Positions 22,303-31,823 of a stretch of DNA of 64,000 nucleotides are shown here, in pieces (within the stretch, counting starts at the first letter, position 1; every line of letters starts with the position of its first letter). The position numbers were made by a program, and so were the translations under genes. The notes below the pieces were generated by a model that saw only the letters and a program-made list of their open reading frames with translations, did no database searches and had not been told where the DNA came from. The DNA is taken from assembly GCA_046597055.1 (NCBI GenBank), contig JBKJLC010000297.1, positions 1 to 64,000 of the forward strand, written 5' to 3'. Source of the stretch: Kofleriaceae bacterium (GTDB lineage Bacteria; Myxococcota_A; Polyangia; Haliangiales; Haliangiaceae).

Positions 22303-22794
22303 ATGACGCACCCGCCGTTCACGTTCTTCTTCACCGAGGCCTCGCCCTTCTCGCAGTGGTACCGCAGCCGGTTCGAGCTCGACGGCCACGGCTTTGGATG
22401 CGCCGAGCAGTACATGATGTTCGGCAAGGCCCAACTGTTCGGCGACGCCGAGGTCGCCGCCGAGATCCTGGCCGCCGAGCACCCGCGCGTGCACAAGGCG
22501 CTCGGCCGCAAGGTGCGCGGCTTCGACGACAAAGTGTGGCGGCGCGAGCGCGAGGCGATCGTGCTCGCCGGCAACCGCGCCAAGTTCGGGCAGAACGACG
22601 CCCTGCGCGCGGCGCTCCTCGCCACCGCTGGCACCACGCTGGTCGAGGCCAGCCCGTACGACAAGATCTGGGGGATCGGCCTGGCCGCCACCGATCCGCG
22701 CGCGCTGGATCCCGCGATGTGGAAGGGCCCGAACCTGCTCGGCCAGATCCTCACCCGCCTGCGCGACGAGATGATGGCCACCTCGGCCGGTTGA
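22303..22794 (+). CDS. NADAR (YbiA-like) family N-glycosidase
   Basis: FSQWY, AEQYMM..KA..F, KALGRKV, KFGQN, LVEASPYDKIWGIG, GPNLLG. Confidence 0.92.
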   Translation: MTHPPFTFFFTEASPFSQWYRSRFELDGHGFGCAEQYMMFGKAQLFGDAEVAAEILAAEHPRVHKALGRKVRGFDDKVWRREREAIVLAGNRAKFGQNDALRAALLATAGTTLVEASPYDKIWGIGLAATDPRALDPAMWKGPNLLGQILTRLRDEMMATSAG

Positions 22795-22799
22795 TCGCG

Positions 22800-24794
22800 C
22801 TACTGCGGCGCGATCTGCACGCGCGCGTCGTTGTAGCAGGCGCCGCCGCCGAGATCGGACAGGGTCTCGGGGATCAGCGCGTTGGAGGAGGCGCCGTTGC
22901 GGGTGTGGAACCGCCACAGGCCCTTGGGCAGCACGGCGACGCCGGGCCGCACGTGGGCCGAGATCCGGGCCAGGCACACGACCTCGCCGAGGTCGTTCCA
23001 GATCCGCACCACCGCGCCGTCGGCGATCGCGCGCGCGGCGGCGTCGGCCGGGGCCAGCTCGACCGCGGCGTCGATCTTGCGCAGCTGGCCGAAGGTCGAG
23101 CTGATCTGCTGGGCGATCGCGGGCGAGATCAGCGCGAGCGGGAAGCGCGCGTCGCCGGGGTCGGGCGTGAAGTGATAGAGGCCGGCGGGCGCCTCGGCGT
23201 CGAGCCCGGCCGGGCACAGGTCGATCTTGCCGTCGGGCGTGCCAGGCGCGAGGTCGACGAACAGCAGCGCCGCGGCCGGGCTCGGCGCCGCCACGCCCTT
23301 GCTCGCGAGCTGGGTGGTGATCGCCGCGCCGGCCTCGCCGGCGAAGATCACCGCCGCCAGCTCGTCGTCGGTCATCGGATCGCCGTCGCGCCACAGGCCC
23401 AGGCGCTCGAGCAGCGCGCCGAACAGCTGGTTGTTGCTGCGCGCCTCGCCGGGCGGGTTGGCCACTGCCGGCGCGTCGTACAGGCGCATCGCCCCGTAGC
23501 CGCGGCGGATCTCGCGGTGCTCGAGGAACGCGGTCGCCGGCAGCACCACGTCGGCCCACCGGCAGGTATCGGTAAAGACCTGCTCGTGGACGACCGTGAA
23601 CAGGTCGGCGCGCGCCAGCCCGGCGAGCACCTTGCGCTGATCCGGCACGGTCTGGGTCGGGTTGCAGTTGTAGACGAACAGCGCCTCGACCGGCGGGGTG
23701 GCCGCGGCGAGCGCGTCGCCGAGCTGCACCATGTTGATCGCGCGCGTCTTCGGCTCGGGCTCGGCGATCCCGGCCTCGGGGCCCACGCCCCAGCGGGCAT
23801 CGCCGTTCGACATCGTGTAGCCGCCGCCGCGCACGCCGAACTTGCCGGCGACCGCGGGCAAGGCCAGCACCGCGGCCACCGCCGAGCCGCCGTTGCGGTT
23901 GCGCTCGAGCCCCCAGCCGATCCGGATCGCCGCCGGCGTCGCCGCCGCGTATAGCTCGATGAAGCGCTGCAGGTCGGTCACCTCGAGGCCGGCGGTGGTC
24001 GCGGCCCGGCCCAGCGTCCACGGCTCGGCGCGCGCGCGCAGCTCGTCGGCGCCGCGCGCGTGCGCCGCCAGGAACCTGGCGTCGGCGCGGCCGCTCGCGA
24101 ACAGCTCGCGGATCACCGCCAGCGCGACCGGCAGGTCGGTGCCCGGCTGCACCGGCAGGTGCAGGTGCGCCTTGCGCGCGAGCGGCGTCTTGCGCGGGTC
24201 GACCACGACCAGGCGTGCGCCCTCGGCCAGCGCGCGATCGATGATCGGGATCATGTGGATCCCGGTTGCCGACGGGTTCTGGCCCCAGATCACGATCAGC
24301 TTGGCGTGGACGTAGTCCTCGAGCGCGATCCCGGGCACCTGGCCGTACATGGCGCGCACCGCCGCGGTCGACGGCGCCGCGCACAGCGTGCGCAGGCAGC
24401 GGCTGGCACCGAGCCGGCGGAAGAACCGGGTCGCCAGCGCGCCCTCGGTCAGCCAGCCGTTGGAGCCGCCGTAGTGGTACGGCAAGATCGCCTCGCCACC
24501 GGCGCGGTCGCGCACCTCGCGCAGGCGGCCCACGATCAGGTCGAGCGCCTCGTCCCAGCTCGCCTGGCGGAACGACGCCTCACCCTTGGCCCCGACCCGG
24601 ATCATCGGGTGCAGCACGCGGTCGGAGCCGTACAGGTGATCGGCGATGTTGCGGACCTTGCCGCAGATGAAGCCGTCGGTGATCGGCGTGCGGGTGCCGC
24701 CGTTGACCCGCTTGACCCGGCCGCCGTCGACCTCGACCTCGAGGCTGCACAGATCGGGGCAATCGAGCGGACACGCGGACGACAGCGTGGGCAT
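22800..24794 (-). CDS. Molybdopterin-dependent oxidoreductase
   Basis: CPLDCPDLC...GFICGK Fe-S motif, WDEALD, WGQNP, DTCRWADVVLPA, C-terminal binding domain with SDLGGGACYND. Confidence 0.92.
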   Translation of the reverse strand: MPTLSSACPLDCPDLCSLEVEVDGGRVKRVNGGTRTPITDGFICGKVRNIADHLYGSDRVLHPMIRVGAKGEASFRQASWDEALDLIVGRLREVRDRAGGEAILPYHYGGSNGWLTEGALATRFFRRLGASRCLRTLCAAPSTAAVRAMYGQVPGIALEDYVHAKLIVIWGQNPSATGIHMIPIIDRALAEGARLVVVDPRKTPLARKAHLHLPVQPGTDLPVALAVIRELFASGRADARFLAAHARGADELRARAEPWTLGRAATTAGLEVTDLQRFIELYAAATPAAIRIGWGLERNRNGGSAVAAVLALPAVAGKFGVRGGGYTMSNGDARWGVGPEAGIAEPEPKTRAINMVQLGDALAAATPPVEALFVYNCNPTQTVPDQRKVLAGLARADLFTVVHEQVFTDTCRWADVVLPATAFLEHREIRRGYGAMRLYDAPAVANPPGEARSNNQLFGALLERLGLWRDGDPMTDDELAAVIFAGEAGAAITTQLASKGVAAPSPAAALLFVDLAPGTPDGKIDLCPAGLDAEAPAGLYHFTPDPGDARFPLALISPAIAQQISSTFGQLRKIDAAVELAPADAAARAIADGAVVRIWNDLGEVVCLARISAHVRPGVAVLPKGLWRFHTRNGASSNALIPETLSDLGGGACYNDARVQIAPQ

Positions 24795-24830
24795 GGCGCC
24801 CGCAGTCTACCGTGGGCGCCTGGCGGTGAG

Positions 24831-26612
24831 CTACAGCGAGCCACCGAGCGACAGCATCCACGACGTCCCGCCCGCCTCGTCGCGGCCGGGGGTGAGCTGG
24901 GGGATCACCTTCGGCAACTTGGGCAGGTCGAGGTTGCGCGTCACGTAGACGCCCAGGCCCAGGCCGACGACCATGCCGCCCAGCGCGAAGTGCGCGGTGC
25001 TCTCCTGCGAGTCGACGTCGAAGGTGGTGGTGGTGAGCGCCGACAGCGCGGCGCCGACCGTGATCCCGGCGAGACCGGCGACGTCGATGTAGACCACGCG
25101 GCGACGCGAGAACTCGTAGCCGCGGGCGATCAGGCCGCCGCTGAGGAGCCCGACGTTGAGGCCGGTCAGCGCGATCACGTACTGCACGCGCGAGCTGCCC
25201 GAGAAGATCACCGTGAACAGGCCGCCGGCGGCCGCGCCCCACACCGCGCCGCTGTTGTAGACCGCCGCATCGCCGGCGCTGGGTTCGAGCCCGGATGCCG
25301 TGATCACCGCGGTGGTCGCGGCCAGGGTCGCGCCCACGATCACGCCGGCGCCGATGGCCTGGCTGCGCGCGGTGTCGTCGCCACCATCGGCGAGCAGGCG
25401 ACCGAACAAGGCGCCGTCGAGCATGCCGGCCGCGGTGGTGGTGATGATGTACGAGGACTCGCCCAGCGCGAGGTCGTCGGGGACCAGGAAGTAGCTGCCG
25501 GCGGCGCCGACGCCGATGCCGAGCACGAAGCCGAGCCCACCGGTGGTGCTGCTGGCGGTGGCGCTGCCGGCCGACAGCCCGAGCGCCGCTCCGACGAGGG
25601 TCGAGGCGGCGATCAGCTGGCGGCGCCCGACCTGGCGCGGCGGCGCCAGCTCGACCGAGAGCTGACCGGGGGTGCCGTCCAGCACCTCGACGGTCTGCTC
25701 GCGCGCGAGCCGCCCGGGCGCCTCGATCCGCACCCGGTGCTCGCCGACCGTGACCTCGCCGTCGAAGGTGCCGATCCCGACCGGGCGGTCGTCGATGAGG
25801 ATCTTCGCGTCGCCCGGCACCGCCTGCACGCGCAGCCGACCGCGCTGGGGGGTGAGCCGGAACGAAAAGCTGTACGGACGACCGATGCCGACGACGATGT
25901 CCTTGGCGATCGGCTCGAAGCCTGGCTTCTCGACCCGCATCCGGTAGCTGCCCGCGGTGACGTGGAGGGGCGCCTCGTCGCGACCGGTCGCCTGAGGCCC
26001 GGCCTCGCTCGCGATCACCACGGTCGCGCCGGGCGGCTCGGTGGCAACCTGCACCACCGACCGCTGGCGTTGCATCACCTGGATCCGCGACGACATGGTG
26101 AGGCGCTCGGCGTCGCTGATGCGCTTGCACTCGCGATCGGTGGCCGCGCAGGGCGGAATCGCGACCACGTAGCGCTCGTAGTAGGCGATCGCCTTGTCGT
26201 AGGCGATCATGCGCTCGTAGGCGAGGCCGACCATCTTGAGGACCGAGTACGAATCCTCGACGGGATTGGCCGCGAGCAGGCAGTAGAACTGAACGTACTC
26301 GCTGATCGCGCCCTCGTAGTCACCCTGCTGGTAGAGGTTGCTGCCGCGCGTGTACCGCGGGACCCCTTCGCTGAGCACGAAGCACTCGGGCTTCTGGGCG
26401 TGCGTGGGGTTGGCGCACCACTTGCGCGGGTCGACGTCGCCGGGAATGCCGCTCCACGGCACGTAGCCGGGCGGCAGGACCTGGGGCACGACCGGGCAGT
26501 CGTCGATCTCCAGCCGCGGCCGCTCCCTGCCGATGAAGCCATCGTCGTCGGCATGCGCTGCCGTGCCGGTCAACAGGACGACCAGCGCGCACGCTCCGAC
26601 GCGCGCGATCAT
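24831..26612 (-). CDS. Secreted/membrane TPR + PEGA-domain protein
   Basis: Signal peptide, TPR-like helices (GLAYERMIAYDKAIAYYERY), two PEGA repeats (TEPPGATV; VPGDAKILID), Gly-rich hydrophobic C-terminus. Confidence 0.78.
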   Translation of the reverse strand: MIARVGACALVVLLTGTAAHADDDGFIGRERPRLEIDDCPVVPQVLPPGYVPWSGIPGDVDPRKWCANPTHAQKPECFVLSEGVPRYTRGSNLYQQGDYEGAISEYVQFYCLLAANPVEDSYSVLKMVGLAYERMIAYDKAIAYYERYVVAIPPCAATDRECKRISDAERLTMSSRIQVMQRQRSVVQVATEPPGATVVIASEAGPQATGRDEAPLHVTAGSYRMRVEKPGFEPIAKDIVVGIGRPYSFSFRLTPQRGRLRVQAVPGDAKILIDDRPVGIGTFDGEVTVGEHRVRIEAPGRLAREQTVEVLDGTPGQLSVELAPPRQVGRRQLIAASTLVGAALGLSAGSATASSTTGGLGFVLGIGVGAAGSYFLVPDDLALGESSYIITTTAAGMLDGALFGRLLADGGDDTARSQAIGAGVIVGATLAATTAVITASGLEPSAGDAAVYNSGAVWGAAAGGLFTVIFSGSSRVQYVIALTGLNVGLLSGGLIARGYEFSRRRVVYIDVAGLAGITVGAALSALTTTTFDVDSQESTAHFALGGMVVGLGLGVYVTRNLDLPKLPKVIPQLTPGRDEAGGTSWMLSLGGSL

Positions 26613-28303
26613 CGCGGACGCTTCCGCAGCAGCGGGTTCTCGATGATCTCCCCGTCCCCGTCGGGATCGCTGTCAGGATCGATGTCGCTGCCATTCGGCC
26701 CGGGCACGAGCGGCGGCTTCTTGATCACCTTCTTGACCTGGCCCTTCTTGGTCCTGGTGAGCCGACACAGGACGGGCGCGTCCTTGTCGATCGCGGGCCG
26801 CACCATGCACTCGGCGTCGTCGTAGCCGTCGAGCGACGCGACCAGCTTGATCTGCTCGCTGTTGCGCAGCCAGCGGTGCGTGTGCGGGCCTTGCCCGAGG
26901 AAGCGCGCGCCCTCGTAGATCTTGGCGCCGGGCGGAATGGTGACGATCACGACCTCGACCACCTCGGGCCCGGGCAGGGTGGGCGGCGCCCCCGGGCTCG
27001 GGCCCACGTCGACCACCGCCGGCGCGCCCGCGGCGTCGATCGGCAGCGCCACCCGGGACGTGCCGGGCGTGCTGGGCACGAGCACGTTGATGGTGACGAC
27101 CACGCCGGCGATGATCACCGCGATCACCGCGAGCCACGCCGCCAGCCGCAGGCCGCTGCGGGGTACCGCCCGCCGCCGCCGCGGGCCGGTGATCCGCGCG
27201 CGCTGGGTCGAGTGGGTCGGATCCTCGGCGAGCGCCGACAGATCGCTCAGCATGTCGGCGGTCGACTGGTAGCGGTCGTCGCGATCCTTGGCCAGGGCCT
27301 TGAGGATGATCGCCTCGAGCTCCTCGGACAGCTCGGGCCGGTCCGCGCGCGGCGAGCTCGGCGAGTCGTTGAGCACCTGCGAGATGATCGCCAGGTAGTT
27401 GCCGCCGGTGAACGGGACCCGTCCGGTCGCCAGCTCGTACATGATCACGCCGAGCGCGTAGATATCGATGCGGTGATCGAGCTCCTCGTCCCCGCGGGCC
27501 TGCTCGGGCGACATGTAGAGCGGGGTGCCGAGCACCATGCCGGTCTGGGTCAGCCGCGGCGAGTCGGCCTCGCCGGCGTCCGACACCCGCATCGACTTCG
27601 AGATGCCGAAGTCCACGACCTTGATGAAGTCGCGGTCCTTGCGGCGCAGCAGGAAGACGTTCTCCGGCTTCACGTCGCGGTGGACGATGCCCTTGGCGTG
27701 GGCGGCGCCGAGCGCGGACGAGATCTGGGTCGAGATGTGGAGCAGCCGCGCCTCGGGCAGCGGTCCCTCGCGGTTGAGCAGCTCGGCCAGGCTCTCGCCC
27801 TCGAGGAACTCCATCACGACGAAGGTGCGACCGTCGGCGGTGGTGCCGAAGTCGGTGATGTCGATGATGTGCTCGTGCCCGATCGACGACGCCAGCCGCG
27901 CCTCTTGCTCGAGGCGGGCGACCACCTGCTCCTTGCGCGCGTACTTGTCGAGCAGGACCTTCACGGCGACCCGCTTGCCGATCAGCATGTGGGTCGCCTC
28001 GTAGACCGCCCCCATGCCGCCCTGGCCGATCTTGCGCGTGATCGAGTAGCGGTCGAGCAGCGTGGTGCCGACCAGATCCTCGCCCCGCCGCTCGGGACCG
28101 GCGCTGATCAGGTGCGACGCCGAGGTGGTGCCGTGATCGGTCGAGTCGGTTGCGGACGCCATCGCCACCGCGGTGTCGGCAGCCCCCATCAGGCCGGACT
28201 CACCGGAGGTCCCCGGTTCACTCCGCCCCGTCGCGCGCCCCCCGGCGACGGCGCGCGCGCCACTGTCGCCGGGCGCGTCGTCGCCCTGGCCGCGTCCGCT
28301 CAT
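26609..28303 (-). CDS. Hanks-type Ser/Thr protein kinase with transmembrane helix
   Basis: IGQGGMGAVY, VAVKVL, HRDVKPEN, DFGISK, GTPLYMSPEQ, a TM segment and a PEGA-like C-terminus; SD AGGAG. Confidence 0.95.
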   Translation of the reverse strand: MSGRGQGDDAPGDSGARAVAGGRATGRSEPGTSGESGLMGAADTAVAMASATDSTDHGTTSASHLISAGPERRGEDLVGTTLLDRYSITRKIGQGGMGAVYEATHMLIGKRVAVKVLLDKYARKEQVVARLEQEARLASSIGHEHIIDITDFGTTADGRTFVVMEFLEGESLAELLNREGPLPEARLLHISTQISSALGAAHAKGIVHRDVKPENVFLLRRKDRDFIKVVDFGISKSMRVSDAGEADSPRLTQTGMVLGTPLYMSPEQARGDEELDHRIDIYALGVIMYELATGRVPFTGGNYLAIISQVLNDSPSSPRADRPELSEELEAIILKALAKDRDDRYQSTADMLSDLSALAEDPTHSTQRARITGPRRRRAVPRSGLRLAAWLAVIAVIIAGVVVTINVLVPSTPGTSRVALPIDAAGAPAVVDVGPSPGAPPTLPGPEVVEVVIVTIPPGAKIYEGARFLGQGPHTHRWLRNSEQIKLVASLDGYDDAECMVRPAIDKDAPVLCRLTRTKKGQVKKVIKKPPLVPGPNGSDIDPDSDPDGDGEIIENPLLRKRPR

Positions 28304-28457
28304 AGCTCCTTGGAATGGTAGGTGGGAGGCGGGGTCAAGTCAACGCGGCGCTCGGCCGGAGGTCCCCTCAAGTGCGCGACCTGGAACGCGAACCCGCCTC
28401 GCGCCGGACGAGGCCCGGCTTGACCGCCTTTTGCCGCACGCCTATGAGCCGGGCCTC

Positions 28458-28874
28458 GTGCGCACCCTCGCCGTGACAACCGTGGGCGCCGCTCTCGCTC
28501 TGGGCGGCGGCGGCGGCGTGATGGGCACTACCCGGGAGGAGGCCGGGGTGCACGTCGAGCTGGTCTACCTGGGGCCCAGCCTGCAGTACTTCGTGCGCCC
28601 GGACGTGTTCATCGGCGGTGGCGTCGGCTTCGTGGGCCAGACCGTCCGGGTCGCGGCCCCGGTGCCGGCGTCTGACGACACCGGGGCCGTCACGCTGCGC
28701 GTGGGCCTGGCCGGGCTGCAGCGCCGGCGGCACGCGCTGAACGTCTCGGCCGAGAGCATCGTCGGCCGGTTCGACGGTCGCTGGACCACCGGCGGGTTCT
28801 TCCTGGTCGGGTACCAGCTCTACTGGTCCCTGCCAGGGACGCGGCTTGACCGGTCTCGGCCGGCGAGCCTATAA
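28458..28874 (+). CDS. Hypothetical beta-strand-rich (outer-membrane-like) protein, possibly degenerate
   Basis: Amphipathic strands LGPSLQYF, FIGGGVGF, FLVGYQLY; start uncertain and the N-terminus looks truncated. Confidence 0.4.
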   Translation: MRTLAVTTVGAALALGGGGGVMGTTREEAGVHVELVYLGPSLQYFVRPDVFIGGGVGFVGQTVRVAAPVPASDDTGAVTLRVGLAGLQRRRHALNVSAESIVGRFDGRWTTGGFFLVGYQLYWSLPGTRLDRSRPASL

Positions 28875-28947
28875 GCGCGACGCTCGTGCGTCTGCGCGCT
28901 GTCTCCCTCGGTTCGACCGCGGTGGTGCCGACCGCCGGGGCCACGCC

Positions 28948-29379
28948 ATGAGCGACACCGACATCGTGGTCACGCCGACCGTGCGCATCCCGGCGAGCGA
29001 GGTGCAGGTCAGCTTCGCGCGCTCGGGTGGGCCCGGCGGGCAGAACGTGAACAAGGTGGCGAGCAAGGTCGAGCTGCGGTGGACACCGTCGACCTCGGGC
29101 GCGTTCACCCCCGATGACCGGGCGTGGGTGCTCGGCAAGCTCGGCGGCCGGCTCACCAACGACGGCGAGCTGCTGGTCACGTCGGAGAAGCATCGCGACC
29201 AGGGCCGCAACCGCGCTGACGCCACCGAGAAGCTCGCCGCGATCGTGCGCGCCGCGCTGTTCCGGCCCAAGCCGCGCCGCGCGACCAAGCCAAGCCGGGG
29301 CAGCAAGGAGCGCCGCATCTCGGCCAAGAAGCGCCGCGGTGTGATCAAGGCCGGCCGCGGCGGCGCCAGCCACGACTAG
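28948..29379 (+). CDS. arfB: Alternative ribosome rescue peptidyl-tRNA hydrolase
   Basis: RSGGPGGQNVNKVASKV, HRDQGRNR, and basic tail RRATKPSRGSKERR. Confidence 0.95.
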   Translation: MSDTDIVVTPTVRIPASEVQVSFARSGGPGGQNVNKVASKVELRWTPSTSGAFTPDDRAWVLGKLGGRLTNDGELLVTSEKHRDQGRNRADATEKLAAIVRAALFRPKPRRATKPSRGSKERRISAKKRRGVIKAGRGGASHD

Positions 29380-29397
29380 GCCGGCAGCAGGCGCTGG

Positions 29398-29437
29398 CCC
29401 TTCGACTTCGGGCTCGCAACGAGCCCTTCGCTCAGGG
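29398..29437 (+). repeat. REP-like repeat between convergent arfB and fic
   Basis: CCCTTCGACTTC-GGGCTCG-CAA-CGAGCCC-TTCGCTCAGGG. Confidence 0.65.
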
Positions 29438-29481
29438 ACACCGGAAAGTGGTGCCGGGTCCTGGGGGCGCCGGGGCCGCGG

Positions 29482-30291
29482 TCAGGTCGTCGGCGAGAAC
29501 TTGGTCGTCTTGCGCTTCTTCGGGGCCTTCTCGGCTTCGTCGTAGAGGCGCAGCTCGGTCTCGGCGGTGGTCTGGACCGCCTCGAGATAGAGCGACAGCA
29601 GGCCGGCGGGCTCGCCGCGGAGTGATTCGTAGTAGCGCTGGCGATCGATGGAGTGGATGACGGCGACCGGGTAGCCGCCCTCCTGCAACATCATGTTCGC
29701 GGCGATCCGAGCGGTGCGCCCGCTCTCCTTCGCCCACGGAAAGATCGCCATGAAGCGGGTGTGGATCGTCGCGACCCGCTCGATCGGGTGGAGCTGCTTG
29801 GCCGTCGGATCCTCGATCCACTCGGCCAGCTTCTTCAGCGCGGGTGCGATTTTCTCGGGCGGCGCGATGTCGTGATAGTAGAGTCGGTGCAGCGGGTTCT
29901 CCTTGCGGTAGGGGAGACCCTTGGCGCGCTCGTCGGGCACGAGCATCGCGTAGATGTCGCGCATCGTCTCGAACTTGAACGGCTTCTTCTTGACCGCGAG
30001 ATCGGCCGCGTAGTCGCACGCTTCGTTGAAGCGCTTGATCTCGTCGTAGGCCGGGATCAGCGATGGATCGCTGATGATCGTTGGATCGATCGCGGCCTTG
30101 ATCTCGCTGTACGACAGGACGTCGCCTTCGAGCGCGGCGTCGTGATGGATGAGCGAGATCCGGAGGCGCTGGAGAAACTCCTTGCGCATCGCCTGGTTCG
30201 TCGTTCCGATGCGTGCGCGCCAGGCCTGCGAGATCCGATCGACCTCGGTGAACCGTGCGTCGATGTCTTCAGTTTCTTTGTACCTGAGCAC
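29482..30291 (-). CDS. Fic/DOC family protein with non-canonical active-site motif
   Basis: HDAALEG, HPIERVATIHTRF, and FPWAKESGRTARI in place of HPFxDGNGRxxR. Confidence 0.8.
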   Translation of the reverse strand: MLRYKETEDIDARFTEVDRISQAWRARIGTTNQAMRKEFLQRLRISLIHHDAALEGDVLSYSEIKAAIDPTIISDPSLIPAYDEIKRFNEACDYAADLAVKKKPFKFETMRDIYAMLVPDERAKGLPYRKENPLHRLYYHDIAPPEKIAPALKKLAEWIEDPTAKQLHPIERVATIHTRFMAIFPWAKESGRTARIAANMMLQEGGYPVAVIHSIDRQRYYESLRGEPAGLLSLYLEAVQTTAETELRLYDEAEKAPKKRKTTKFSPTT

Positions 30292-30486
30292 GTGCTTGGC
30301 CGTCCGAAGCGGGGAAGTCTACGGGTCGAAGACCCACCCGTCAAGCAAGATAGCGGGTGTGTGTTCAGGTAGTAAAATCACATTCATCCGGACCGCCAGA
30401 ACCCCGCGATTCTCAAAAGTTGCGCCATCGGTCGCGCTGTCTCTAATGAGCGGATGGCGCTCGCGCTGCGCGCGCATGAACGTCCC

Positions 30487-31463
<977 letters not shown>

Positions 31464-31467
<4 letters not shown>

Positions 31468-31823
31468 AGCCCCGCGTCTACCACCTGTTCCGACGTGCCG
31501 AGCCTGCGCAGAAGGTGCGCGGGACCATCGCCGTCATGTTGCTGGTCGCGGTGCTGATCACCGGCCTCGGGGTCCAGCGCGTCCGCGCGCGCCACGAGGT
31601 GATCCGCATCGGCTACCAGCTGTCGAAGGCGACCGAGGAGGTCCGGCGCCTGCGCGAGATCCATCGCCAGCTCGAGCTCGAGCGCGCAACCCTGACCAGC
31701 CCCGAGCGCATCCGCGCGCTGGCCACCGCGCTCGGCATGGCACCGGTGCCACCCGATCAGATCCGGGTGGTGCCCGCCGGCCGCCGGGTCGCCGCTCGCG
31801 GGTCCAGCAAGGCGGCCCGATGA
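31464..31823 (+). CDS. ftsL: Cell division protein FtsL
   Basis: Single TM plus coiled coil LELERATLTSPERIRALA..LGM..P; located between rsmH and ftsI with ATGA overlaps. Confidence 0.85.

Noticed and set aside
22303..22794. NADAR as part of a DarT/NADAR toxin-antitoxin or defence system
   Set aside because: There is no ADP-ribosyltransferase neighbour; it stands alone after hisC.
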